Origin: Salinispira sp.
GTDB taxonomy: Bacteria > Spirochaetota > Spirochaetia > DSM-27196 > Salinispiraceae
Assembly (NCBI GenBank): GCA_965226555.1
Contig: CBDDDG010000021.1
Span: forward strand, 32,001-96,000
Length of the DNA stretch: 64,000 nt
Direction: 5' to 3'
The stretch's first letter is position 1. Each line of letters opens with the position of its first letter. The translations under genes and the position numbers were made by a program. Below are positions 43,476 through 53,227 of this stretch, in pieces. A model generated the notes under the pieces. It saw only the letters and a list, made by a program, of their open reading frames with translations, was not told the origin of the DNA and did not search any database.

Positions 43476-43763
43476 GTTTAAAGGGTTTACCGAAGAAAAA
43501 ATCCCACAACCACATAATAAATTGGACTCTTTGGACTCTTCAAATCCTGACAAAAAAGAAGAGAAAGCGCATAGTACAAAGTTTTGCAAAATGCAAAACT
43601 TTCTATAAAATAGGAGAATGCTAAGCACAAAGAAAGTATTCCAGATCGGAAACTTTGGCTACTGGAAATTGCGCAAGCGCAATTTTCCAATGCAAAAGTT
43701 TCTAGTAGAAGATTACACAGATTAGCAACAGCACGATGGACTATATGGGGAGGAATATTGAGT
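43456..43763 (+). pseudogene. Putative PanT partner gene interrupted by a MITE
   Basis: GAGGA-GTG start overlapping the panA end; removing the element and one TAGTA restores ...EEKAHSRRLHRLATARWTIWGGIL. Confidence 0.55.
43577..43702. mobile_element. 126-bp composite MITE with 5-bp TSD TAGTA
   Basis: TAGTA|CAAAGTTTTGC...GCAAAAGTTTC|TAGTA (43572-43576, 43703-43707). Confidence 0.85.
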
Positions 43764-43764
43764 A

Positions 43765-43786
43765 GAAACTTTTGCATTGGAAAATT
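43765..43786. mobile_element. Truncated MITE end, inverted orientation
   Basis: GAAACTTTTGCATTGGAAAATT. Confidence 0.65.
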
Positions 43787-43851
43787 TCATGAAGAAATAC
43801 CCATTTAATCCTGAATTATTCCGAGATGCGCAGGAAGAGACGCAAAAATGA
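43777..43851 (+). pseudogene. 3' remnant of a lost gene formerly coupled to hsdM (possibly a PrrC-like anticodon nuclease)
   Basis: LENFMKKYPFNPELFRDAQEETQK* ending in an ATGA overlap with hsdM. Confidence 0.4.
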
Positions 43852-45461
43852 CCGCAAAAATGCAAAAACAATTGGGGGAAGTCCTCTGGGCAATTGCCGA
43901 CCGGCTGCGGGGCGCAATGAATGCGGACGATTTTAGAGATTACATGCTCTCATTTATTTTCCTGCGTTATATTTCGAGTACCTATGAAAATTCCGCACGG
44001 GAGGAATTGGGACCAGACTACCCCGAAAAAAATTCTGCGGACGCTGGAACCCCATTGCAAACATGGTATACGAACAATGCCGACGACATTGACGAATTCG
44101 AAGAAACCATGCGCCGCAGCGTTCACTACGTGGTGCAGCCCGAGTACCTGTGGAGCCATATCTCTGAACTGGCGAGAACTCACAATGCCCACCTTCTCGA
44201 CACCCTTCAGAGGGGCTTCGCATACATTGAGAATGAATCATTCAAAAGCACCTTTCAGGGGCTTTTTTCCGAAGTCAACCTCACATCTGAAAAGCTCGGA
44301 AGGAATTATGAGGCTCGGAATACACTGCTTTGCAAAATTGTCAATGAAATAGCGAGGGGGCTGAACGAATTCCCGACCAACAGCGACATTTTGGGCGATG
44401 CCTATGAATACCTCATTGGTAAATTCGCTGCCGGAGCGGGCAGAAAGGCAGGTGAGTTTTATACTCCGCAAATCCTCTCCAGCATTCTCTCTGCCATTGT
44501 CGCGCTCGACAGTCAGGACCCATCGCAGGGCGAAAAGAAACACCTTGAAAGCGTTTTTGACCCGGCCTGCGGGTCGGGTTCCCTGCTTCTGAATGTGCGA
44601 AAGCGACTCGGCCCGCATGGCATTGGCAAAATTTATGGTCAGGAAAAAAACATTACTACCTACAATTTGGCGCGCATGAACATGCTTCTGCATGGGGTTA
44701 AGGACTCTGAATTTGAAATGTACCATGGCGATTCGCTGACCAACAATTGGGATATGCTCAGAGAACAGAACCCCGCCAAAAAAACCTCTTTCGATGCCGT
44801 GGTGGTGAATCCTCCCTTCAGCTTGCGCTGGGATCCATCGGATGCTCTGGCGGATGATATGCGCTTCACAAACTATGGGCTTGCCCCCCGATCGGCTGCC
44901 GACTTCGCATTTCTCCTGCACGGGTTTCATTACCTGAAAGATGACGGCACCATGGCAATTATTCTGCCCCACGGTGTTTTGTTCCGCAGCGGCGCAGAAT
45001 ACAGAATGCGCCGCAAGCTCCTGCGAGATGGACACATTGATACTATCATTGGTCTCCCTCACAACCTCTTTTATTCAACGGGTATTCCCGTGTGCATTGT
45101 GGTTCTCAAGAAATGTAAGAAGCCCGATGACATTCTGTTCATTGATGCCAGTAAACAGTATGAAAAAGGCAAACGTCAGAATTATCTGGAAAAAGAACAC
45201 ATCGATAAAATCATAGCAACGTATCAATTCCGTAAGGAGGAGAAGCGCTACTCCCGCTGTGTTTCCATGGAGGAAATTGATGAGAACGATTACAACTTAA
45301 ACATTTCACGCTACATCAGCACCCAGGAACCCGAAAAGGAAATTATTCTCAAAGACGTACATTATGCCATACAAACTTTGGAAAGCGAGATTAGCGAGAA
45401 CACAAACGTGCATAACAGCTATCTGGAAGAGTTAGGCTTGGACCCCCTGCCGCGTTCCTGA
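43848..45461 (+). CDS. hsdM: Type I R-M methyltransferase subunit
   Basis: LGDAYEYLI, GEFYTP, DPACGSGSLL, NPPF, YNLNISRY. Confidence 0.97.
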   Translation: MTAKMQKQLGEVLWAIADRLRGAMNADDFRDYMLSFIFLRYISSTYENSAREELGPDYPEKNSADAGTPLQTWYTNNADDIDEFEETMRRSVHYVVQPEYLWSHISELARTHNAHLLDTLQRGFAYIENESFKSTFQGLFSEVNLTSEKLGRNYEARNTLLCKIVNEIARGLNEFPTNSDILGDAYEYLIGKFAAGAGRKAGEFYTPQILSSILSAIVALDSQDPSQGEKKHLESVFDPACGSGSLLLNVRKRLGPHGIGKIYGQEKNITTYNLARMNMLLHGVKDSEFEMYHGDSLTNNWDMLREQNPAKKTSFDAVVVNPPFSLRWDPSDALADDMRFTNYGLAPRSAADFAFLLHGFHYLKDDGTMAIILPHGVLFRSGAEYRMRRKLLRDGHIDTIIGLPHNLFYSTGIPVCIVVLKKCKKPDDILFIDASKQYEKGKRQNYLEKEHIDKIIATYQFRKEEKRYSRCVSMEEIDENDYNLNISRYISTQEPEKEIILKDVHYAIQTLESEISENTNVHNSYLEELGLDPLPRS

Positions 45462-45483
45462 CCCGCATTCAGAGGTTTTATCC

Positions 45484-46062
45484 ATGAGAAATGTTACCGC
45501 TACAATCCGACTCGCCGCGCTTCTTACGGTTTTTCTCTGTTCCTGCGCGACAGCGCATCAATCTGCAAAAATCGACCCACACGCAAAAATCGACCAGCCC
45601 CCCGAAAAATCTGCCGAATCTGAAAAATCCACATCTGCCAAAAAAATCGACCAGCATGCCAAAAAAGAACTATTCCAAGTAAGCGGAGAAGTATACAATG
45701 AGGTTTTCCATGAAGTGCGGAGAATTATTCAGGAGCTCGATGATATTATTCAGGGCAGGCAATTTTCGGCATGGCTTGAATACTTGAGCGATGACTACCG
45801 AATGCGCTATAATGACCCCGAGACCCTTGAGGTAATTTCGGGGAGTAGACGGCTACGCGCTGAAAACATTATACTGAAGAACATTGAAGATTTTTTTACC
45901 CATGTGGTGGTGCCGAGCAGGGTACATTACCGGCTGGATAAGCTTATTTTCATTAGTGAAGTAGATGTAGAGGCAATTATGATTGTTAATAATGAATCGA
46001 TAGTTGCATATCAACTACATTTTACAAATGGGTATTGGAAAATTATTGATAATACTATATAA
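45484..46062 (+). CDS. Hypothetical lipoprotein
   Basis: Lipobox FLCSC; DFFTHVVVPSR. Confidence 0.75.
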   Translation: MRNVTATIRLAALLTVFLCSCATAHQSAKIDPHAKIDQPPEKSAESEKSTSAKKIDQHAKKELFQVSGEVYNEVFHEVRRIIQELDDIIQGRQFSAWLEYLSDDYRMRYNDPETLEVISGSRRLRAENIILKNIEDFFTHVVVPSRVHYRLDKLIFISEVDVEAIMIVNNESIVAYQLHFTNGYWKIIDNTI

Positions 46063-46081
46063 TTGTGCCGATATCATAAGA

Positions 46082-46106
46082 GAAACTTTTCCAATGCAAA
46101 AGTTTC
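46082..46106. repeat. Collapsed MITE-family palindrome upstream of the HEAT gene RBS
   Basis: GAAACTTTTCCAATGCAAAAGTTTC. Confidence 0.6.
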
Positions 46107-46120
46107 TACAAGGAGCATTT

Positions 46121-46801
46121 ATGAAGAGGTATAGGGGAATCTTTTCCGTTATTTTCTTATTTGCAATAGCATTACTGCCGGCCCAGGAAACACTACGAAC
46201 CCTCGAGGACTTATATCTAAGTACCGATATTGAGGTTCAGCTTATCCTGAGTCAGGCTGTTTCTGCTGATCGTTACAGCAAACTTACTGCGCTCGATGTC
46301 ATTCGGGACATGCAGGACGGAGGAAGAATTCCGGCGAATGAGAATGCCGTTATGATTATTCTCAGCTCTCTTTCCGGAGAGGGTATTACCCGGATTGTTC
46401 ATTCAGACGGACGGATAGTAAACAATTTTCCCGAAGTGCGGCGTCAGGCAGTGTATCTTCTGGGAGAAATTGGCGGCGAACGCGCCATGGAAATACTTTA
46501 TACTGTTTTTGAGAATGATCCTGAGCCAATGGTTCTTTCCGAAGCCATTTTGGCTCTCACAAAAACGGGAATAAGCGACCCGCAGAAAGCTTCAAAATAC
46601 ATTTCCAACATTCTGAGGTCGAACACTCTGCATGAAAATCCTAATAACGGTCTTGCTTCAGCCTGTCTTACTGCGATCCAGGATCTGAGCGTCGTTAATT
46701 CAACTATTCTGACCGAAGTAATTGGCGTTGTCTCAGGTTTCTACATCAATAAGGTTCGTCAACAGGCCATTGACCTCATAAATTTTCTCAGAAATAGTTG
46801 A
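46121..46801 (+). CDS. Exported HEAT-repeat protein
   Basis: Signal peptide; PEVRRQAVYLLGEIG, DPEPMVLSEAILAL. Confidence 0.8.
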   Translation: MKRYRGIFSVIFLFAIALLPAQETLRTLEDLYLSTDIEVQLILSQAVSADRYSKLTALDVIRDMQDGGRIPANENAVMIILSSLSGEGITRIVHSDGRIVNNFPEVRRQAVYLLGEIGGERAMEILYTVFENDPEPMVLSEAILALTKTGISDPQKASKYISNILRSNTLHENPNNGLASACLTAIQDLSVVNSTILTEVIGVVSGFYINKVRQQAIDLINFLRNS

Positions 46802-47457
46802 TCGGACATATCAGGCAACATTTTCCGAAGATTCTTACCGTTCTTATAATTGCCGGCATAGTCGGCATGGTTTTTGTGTTTTTGTGCTACCATCTGGTTT
46901 CCAGTGTAAGCAGGGAGAGAATTTTTGGAGATATGGATGACCTTCCCAACAGCAGAGTTGGTCTCCTTCTTGGTACTGCCCCCCGTTCCCGCAGAGGAAG
47001 CACGAACACCTTCTTCACCAACCGCATAGCGGCTGCGGCGCAGTTATTCAGGGCAGGAAAAATACGGTACATCCTTGCCAGCGGCGATAACAGCGATCTT
47101 TCATATAATGAGCCCATATATATGAAAGAAGCGCTTGTCGGCAGGGGCATACCGGCGGAGCGCATCGTGCTCGACTATGCCGGCTTTTCAACGCTCGATT
47201 CCATTATTCGGGCTCGAACAGTTTTCGGTCAGCATCGCTTTATTATTATCAGCCAGCGCTTTCATAATGAGCGGGCGGTATATATTGCCGTTGGAAATGA
47301 TATTGATGCCCTCGCGTACAATGCCGGAGATGTGCGGGGTTATGCGGGTCTCTATGCTCTTGTGAGAGAGTCGCTTGCCAGAGTAAAAGCTGTTTTCGAT
47401 ATTCGGATATTTAACACGCAGCCGAAATTCTCAGGCCCCCCTGAAACCATTCCCTGA
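46798..47457 (+). CDS. sanA: SanA/YdcF/ElyC family protein
   Basis: ILASGDN...YNEP, LDYAGFSTLDS, SQRFHNERA, RESLAR. Confidence 0.85.
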   Translation: MIGHIRQHFPKILTVLIIAGIVGMVFVFLCYHLVSSVSRERIFGDMDDLPNSRVGLLLGTAPRSRRGSTNTFFTNRIAAAAQLFRAGKIRYILASGDNSDLSYNEPIYMKEALVGRGIPAERIVLDYAGFSTLDSIIRARTVFGQHRFIIISQRFHNERAVYIAVGNDIDALAYNAGDVRGYAGLYALVRESLARVKAVFDIRIFNTQPKFSGPPETIP

Positions 47458-47549
47458 ACGGCTGCTTGTGGGCGGCTGTTTCTGGATGGCGGGGGAGCGC
47501 GGTGTGGGGCGCGCGCGTGTGAGCGGCGCAGGGGTGCCGAGGAGCGCAT

Positions 47550-48188
47550 GTGAAAGTTTCTCTGTATTATATTTTGCTTGTTCTCACAATACCCGCTTTC
47601 GGCTTCGACACCTCTGTGCTGGGCCTGTATACCATTGCCAACCGTACAGGTTTTGATCTGCATCACATATTCATTTCACCGGGCGACAGCAACAGCTGGG
47701 GCGCCGACATTCTCTCCTCCGGTAAGACTCCCGCTATCCTCCCCGCCGCCGATACCTACAGTTTCTATGTCCACTATGAGCTCAATAATCCGGTTTTTGC
47801 TCTTCTTGCGATTGATGAGGATGGCGATTCCTATGTCATGAATGAAATACCCGGGCAGGATACATTGTATCTGGAGATCGGCCTGGAGCATTACGATCAA
47901 CCATCCGCTCGGGTTCCGCCTGCGGACAGAATTGTCCTGACAAATGCCGGCAGCAGTAACATATGGTTCATGTTTCTCAGCCCCTCCGATTCTCTTGTCT
48001 GGGGCGCCGACATTCTCGGCGACAAGGGAATGTTTGAAAGCGGTGAAAGTATAAATATCCGCATGTATTCTGATGAAACCGATTATGATCTTCTGGGAGT
48101 AACTGAAAATGGGGAAATGTACTATCGAAAATTGACCATGCCGGGGGCAGGACGCATCATCGAGATCACCGAATACGACCGGCGATAA
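47550..48188 (+). CDS. Exported hypothetical protein with duplicated domain
   Basis: Signal peptide; ISPGDSNSWGADIL / LSPSDSLVWGADIL internal repeat. Confidence 0.75.
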   Translation: MKVSLYYILLVLTIPAFGFDTSVLGLYTIANRTGFDLHHIFISPGDSNSWGADILSSGKTPAILPAADTYSFYVHYELNNPVFALLAIDEDGDSYVMNEIPGQDTLYLEIGLEHYDQPSARVPPADRIVLTNAGSSNIWFMFLSPSDSLVWGADILGDKGMFESGESINIRMYSDETDYDLLGVTENGEMYYRKLTMPGAGRIIEITEYDRR

Positions 48189-48220
48189 TATCAGAATGTG
48201 ACAGGCGATGAATTGATGTG

Positions 48221-48949
48221 TCAGATGATGTGACTGGCGATGAATTCAGATGATTTTCGGACGATTTCCAGCGGAATTGCATGCGCCCCGTGGAATGCAT
48301 GAAACGCGACATTCCAGCCCGCTTTCCGAAGGAGTTCCGCCAGCCTGCCTGCGTTGCCGAAGGAGAGAAGGGGGTCGTAGATGCCGTGGCTCTGAAAAAC
48401 CGGCGCGGGCGGGCAGCGCGCAATGAGCTCCGCGCTTACCCTTTCATCTATGAGGCTGCTTGAGAAGAGCAGTATCCCCCTCACGGGCAGCCGCAATTCG
48501 AGCACCGTCCGCAGCGCCAGCATTGACCCCTGGCTGAAACCGCCAATGAAGGTATTCTCCCAAACCACGCCGAGTTCCCGCGCATCGGCTGCCAACTCCC
48601 GCGCCCGAACCCCGAGTTCCGGCACCGATAGCTCAGCCATATTCTGAAAATATGTCCCCGCTGCAGCCAGTTCAATATGTTTCCTGTCGGAGGGAAACCA
48701 TGCGTAGCTGTTGGTCTGAATGCTCACCGGCGCGCGGGGAAACAGCCACCGAATATCACCCAATGGCAGCGATATTTCATGCGACAGCCCCTCAAGATCC
48801 CGCTCATTCGCCCCAAAGCCATGGGCGAGAATAATCGTGGTAGTTGGGGTGGTCGCCTTGTCCGCGCCGCCAGTACCGCCCGTGGTGGAAGTCGCTGAAG
48901 GCGCCGTGTCGTCCTGCGATTCAGCAGGAATGTTCCAGAAGTAATTCAT
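48221..48949 (-). CDS. Phospholipase/carboxylesterase (alpha/beta hydrolase)
   Basis: HGFGAN, GGFSQG, SHGIYDPL, GAHAI. Confidence 0.88.
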   Translation of the reverse strand: MNYFWNIPAESQDDTAPSATSTTGGTGGADKATTPTTTIILAHGFGANERDLEGLSHEISLPLGDIRWLFPRAPVSIQTNSYAWFPSDRKHIELAAAGTYFQNMAELSVPELGVRARELAADARELGVVWENTFIGGFSQGSMLALRTVLELRLPVRGILLFSSSLIDERVSAELIARCPPAPVFQSHGIYDPLLSFGNAGRLAELLRKAGWNVAFHAFHGAHAIPLEIVRKSSEFIASHII

Positions 48950-49020
48950 TGTTTTCCTCGTTTGTAATAGGTATGGGGCAATTCAATTCTGAGTATGTAG
49001 TTTCCTTTCTTTGCTCATTC

Positions 49021-51651
49021 TCATATGAAGTAACCTTCAAAATTCTCTGCTAATTGCAGTTCAAAGCGTTCATATATTCGTATGTGGACTCTGGTTTTCA
49101 AATAATTTCGTTTTTCTTCCTCAGAGCCGTATTCTTTAAGCCAATTGGGTTCGTCTTTTAGGATATCTTCCAGTGCTTTGTGATCTTCAGATAGGGGACG
49201 TACATCTATCCAAAGTCTATCGACAATACCTTCTGAACTTTCACCTTCAGGTACAGGCGACCATTGTATCAATTTTCCAAACTTATTTTTATTGAGAATT
49301 ACTATGCCTTTCTCATATTGATGTATGGGAGGTGAATAATACACCGGAATTTTCAATTCATTGAATGTTAACTCACCTGCCCACTGTGACGGTGGATTAT
49401 GCGTATGGTTTATTTCTGTGAAATTATTATTCCTCCATAAATCACTATAGGATTCGCCAATAGCACATATGAAGTAGTCATTTTTTACTTCTAACTGACT
49501 GAGAAATTCATTCAGAGACTCAACACGTGGTTCTTCACAATGTTTTATTATTTCCTGAAGTATTGCACGCGATTCAGATATTCCCAAATCGTCACCATAA
49601 ATCTGCCCCCGGTTGTCATAGTTAACATGCCATTTTTCAAAAAAGGCAGCTTTATCAGATACTTTATTTAGTGAAAAATAATTCACAGAAGGGGCTGGAG
49701 ATGAATCCGTTTTATTTTCAATTGCTTCCCTCTCATTTAGTATGGTCCTTATTGGATTTTTTTGATCAGCGGCTTTAACAAGACATTCTTTGAACTCAGA
49801 AACTTTCTTCTGGCTAATTGGTTGTTGCGCAATTATATGTTCTAATTTGGTATCAATGTTATTCCGTAGATCTGAAAGATAGTCTTGCACCTGCTCTTCT
49901 AATGCAGACGGTTTTTTTTCTATGCCCAATTTTCTTAAAAATGGTTCGTTTTTCTCTTCCTCAAATATCTTTTTCATGTGTTTTTCAATATCGTCAATTT
50001 TATCTTGTAAACTGCGTAGGGTAAATTGATCGTAGTTTGATAGATTCACATTTGAATTGTCATTTGATGATGTTTGAGAATCAATTTGTGGAAGATACCG
50101 AAGAATGAGAATTGCATAATATTGCCGATAATAAAATTCTGAATCCTGGTGATTAGCAAAAAAAGGAAAAGATGTAGTATACGTATACCATGATTCTCCC
50201 GCAATAAGAAGTATGACCTTGTCCATACTATTTGGGTAAATATCATTCCCGCCCCACCATATTGTAGAATTTCTTGGTTGCTTAAATCCCCAAATTTCTA
50301 CTATATAGTCATATTCTTTGCTGAAAAGGCAATATGCCGCGATTCCATTTACCATTTTGAGTAATAGGTTAAACCGTAACTGCAGGGAAACATTTTTGTA
50401 GATAGTTGCTTTTTTATTATGTACATCTAGTGAAGGATCAATATTATTAATGGAAGTAAGAACCTTCTCACATTTCTGTTTCCATTCATTAAACGCGGTG
50501 AGAGAGTAAATGTTTTCGGCTAATGAAATTAAGGAAGATAGTAATGAATGTATCTGCCAGTATAAAGCACTATGTTCTTTGGTTGCCTTTCCCCATACTG
50601 CCCACCTAATTTTCTGCATTTCCTGATGAATATCTGGTAAGGGAATTCCATCAATAAATTGGAAAAGGAGAAAGGAAAATAAGCTCGTATCCCTTTCTCG
50701 AACTATTGCCTGACAGATAGTAAAAAAATGTTGATTAACAATATCAATGTAGTCGATTCTGAAGGCATATTCTTCTAATGGCGAAGTCTCAAATACTATT
50801 TTAGTGTACCAGTCAATAGAAGAGAATGCATTTGTTGGATTTTTCTGTATTGTGTCAATTCCAATTTGTGTCATTACGTTCAGGACAACTTTTATTATTG
50901 AATTGTTATTTTGCTTATTTGTTAATTCTCTTAATACTCTCTGCAACTGATTATTAATTGGATCTCCGTTTGAGAATAAATTACTCTTTAATGCTTCATC
51001 CTTTAATCTTTTAATTTGATTCAAAAAAGTCGATGTTATTGGGTAGTAGGTTTCGGGTCTTCTCAGGAGAATCCTATGCTTTATTGATTCTGGATCTGGG
51101 TCTTCCAGTTTTTCCTGTAGTATTTTAAGTAAACGATCTACAAAGTTAGTCAATTCGTCATGTAGCAATTTTTTCTTTTCGTTACGCAATACATAAACAA
51201 GCAGATCGCCAATATCTTCGATTGAGGGGATTAAATTTGTATTTTTTTTCCGATGTACTTTTTTATCAAGTTCCCGATAGAGCGCTTTTAGAATGTACTT
51301 TGTATTGTGCACCAATTTTTTGGTAATTTCTAAGCATTGGAACAGAAAAATAATTGAAAAGACTAATATAATTACTGATGATATGGTTATAAGACATACC
51401 AAAACATCAGGGAGGAGCTCCTGAAAAACGTAAAAACTGATTGGCAGTATAATATTAGAGGCAAGCAACAATGGGAGGAGGATACGAAACGCGAGTTTCT
51501 TATCGTAGATTTTGCTTGCTACTTCTGATCCAAATCGATTAGCCAAGTTACTTATGGTGTTTGTGGTGAATGGAATAAAAACAGCTAATACTGCAATGCT
51601 GAAAGAAGCAATTATTGTGTAAAGTGTTGGATCAGGGGTGAAATTACACAT
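49021..51651 (-). CDS. 876-aa protein: about 3 N-terminal TM helices, long helical middle, C-terminal HK97-capsid-like region (inferred)
   Basis: Long AT-rich ORF; hydrophobic N-terminus; C-terminal order PIS..(NPIRTIL)..LGISESRAIL..KIPVYYS..GIVIL..RVHIRIYERFEL. Confidence 0.8.
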   Translation of the reverse strand: MCNFTPDPTLYTIIASFSIAVLAVFIPFTTNTISNLANRFGSEVASKIYDKKLAFRILLPLLLASNIILPISFYVFQELLPDVLVCLITISSVIILVFSIIFLFQCLEITKKLVHNTKYILKALYRELDKKVHRKKNTNLIPSIEDIGDLLVYVLRNEKKKLLHDELTNFVDRLLKILQEKLEDPDPESIKHRILLRRPETYYPITSTFLNQIKRLKDEALKSNLFSNGDPINNQLQRVLRELTNKQNNNSIIKVVLNVMTQIGIDTIQKNPTNAFSSIDWYTKIVFETSPLEEYAFRIDYIDIVNQHFFTICQAIVRERDTSLFSFLLFQFIDGIPLPDIHQEMQKIRWAVWGKATKEHSALYWQIHSLLSSLISLAENIYSLTAFNEWKQKCEKVLTSINNIDPSLDVHNKKATIYKNVSLQLRFNLLLKMVNGIAAYCLFSKEYDYIVEIWGFKQPRNSTIWWGGNDIYPNSMDKVILLIAGESWYTYTTSFPFFANHQDSEFYYRQYYAILILRYLPQIDSQTSSNDNSNVNLSNYDQFTLRSLQDKIDDIEKHMKKIFEEEKNEPFLRKLGIEKKPSALEEQVQDYLSDLRNNIDTKLEHIIAQQPISQKKVSEFKECLVKAADQKNPIRTILNEREAIENKTDSSPAPSVNYFSLNKVSDKAAFFEKWHVNYDNRGQIYGDDLGISESRAILQEIIKHCEEPRVESLNEFLSQLEVKNDYFICAIGESYSDLWRNNNFTEINHTHNPPSQWAGELTFNELKIPVYYSPPIHQYEKGIVILNKNKFGKLIQWSPVPEGESSEGIVDRLWIDVRPLSEDHKALEDILKDEPNWLKEYGSEEEKRNYLKTRVHIRIYERFELQLAENFEGYFI

Positions 51652-51746
51652 ACATATTCCTGCCTGCGCAGTATATTACAAATTGTTGTGTGGGTCAGTA
51701 AATTGCACAACCAGTACGCCACTAAATCCTCGCCCGTTTAGACGTG

Positions 51747-51916
51747 GGGGCAAATTTGAGTTTCATTTCGCGGTCATTGTATGTGTCCGATATTCATCAT
51801 GCCCCATAAATGTATTCAGCTTATCGGTAATAAGCTCGCGCCGTTTTTCCAAAAAATCATCGTACTTATCAAGAGTCCATAAGGACGGATCAATAGGAAT
51901 ACATTGTTGGATTAAG
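51747..51916 (-). pseudogene. 170-bp copy of the gmrSD 3' end
   Basis: Matches 53356-53525 with 3 substitutions. Confidence 0.9.
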
Positions 51917-52038
51917 TGGCCGAACCGTTGCGGGATCGGAATCAATTTGATTAACAATGCACTAAATAAATACTGAAAATTTGATAAAGTGAATAATAAT
52001 GATTAAATTTATTCATAAGCCACAAACGGAGGAGATAT

Positions 52039-52740
52039 ATGGATATACCAACAAAAAGAATTGCCGTCTTAATTGACGCAGAAAATTTGTCCGTAAATTA
52101 CGCCAAGATAATTTTTGACAAAGTGTCATCATACGGCGATGTTATTGTTCGAAGGGCCTACGGCTTTGAAGGAACCTTCAAGAAGTGGAAAAAAGCGGCA
52201 TTTACACATGCCGTTAATTTTAAACTATGTCCGCACCAAGTCAAAAACAAGGGAGTGACTGATATAGCCATAGTCATTGATGCCATGGAATTAATGTATA
52301 GGAAAACGGTAGATGACATTTGTCTGGCAACCAGTGACAGCGATTTTAACACATTGGCGATGAAATTGCGGGAGGAAGGCATAAAAGTCTACGGAATAGG
52401 AAAAAGCAATACAGTGCAATCATTTATTAAATCATGTAATGAATTCCATACACTGCCGGACAAAGACGATCAAATTAATAATAAAGAAACAGTAGAAGCG
52501 GTTGAATTACATGAACAGGAACTACGGGGAATGCTTTTATCTGCCTGTGAAAATCTTCCCAGTGACAATGAGGGATGGATCAATCTGGCAAGTGTGGGGA
52601 GTTATATAAAAAGAATAAGTCCGCAATTTAATCCTCCTCAAAAACTTCTTGATCTGGTAAAAAGCATGGAGGAATTTTTTGATATCGACAAAGTCCCCAG
52701 ACAAAATGCGCCGGATGTGGCTTATATAAGGAAAAGATAA
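52039..52740 (+). CDS. NYN-domain (LabA/DUF88 PIN-like) protein with OST-HTH/LOTUS domain
   Basis: IAVLIDAEN, RRAYG, TDIAIVIDAM, TSDSDF, GWINLASVGSYI. Confidence 0.9.
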   Translation: MDIPTKRIAVLIDAENLSVNYAKIIFDKVSSYGDVIVRRAYGFEGTFKKWKKAAFTHAVNFKLCPHQVKNKGVTDIAIVIDAMELMYRKTVDDICLATSDSDFNTLAMKLREEGIKVYGIGKSNTVQSFIKSCNEFHTLPDKDDQINNKETVEAVELHEQELRGMLLSACENLPSDNEGWINLASVGSYIKRISPQFNPPQKLLDLVKSMEEFFDIDKVPRQNAPDVAYIRKR

Positions 52741-52791
52741 AATGATCAATTTACCTTTTATGCAGATTGCTTTTCTTCTTCAGATATAACA

Positions 52792-53142
52792 CTAAATTTT
52801 CTTCCATATTCTATAGAATTTTTTTGATCTTCGCAGGAACTCTTTTGAGCTCTGTGAGGATACAGCTTCTACGATTTCTTCACTCATAACTATTAGACCA
52901 CATTGATTACAAATATAGCCTGATGTTCCTGGCGGATTGATGAATGTTGAGATGATTTTATTATTTAATAGTGTCTGATGAGGACAGAATGTTTGTGCTT
53001 TTCGTTTTAAACGTTCTTTCCTCTCCTTCAAAAAAACATTCAGATCAAATTTAAAAGAAACAGAGAATGAAATTTTAATAAGACAGATTGAAACAATTGA
53101 TAAAAAAGCTATCCAGATTATTTGTGAAATATCCATACCCAT
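52792..53142 (-). CDS. Small protein with one TM helix and CPH...CxxC Zn-ribbon-like motif
   Basis: Hydrophobic N-terminus; FCPH and CNQC; RBS AAGGAG. Confidence 0.6.
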   Translation of the reverse strand: MGMDISQIIWIAFLSIVSICLIKISFSVSFKFDLNVFLKERKERLKRKAQTFCPHQTLLNNKIISTFINPPGTSGYICNQCGLIVMSEEIVEAVSSQSSKEFLRRSKKFYRIWKKI

Positions 53143-53227
53143 CGTATCTATATGTACTCCTTTACTAAAAACCCGGACACAGTTCTTTTCGGAACCATGG
53201 TCGGTTTATTGATATAACCGAATCTCC

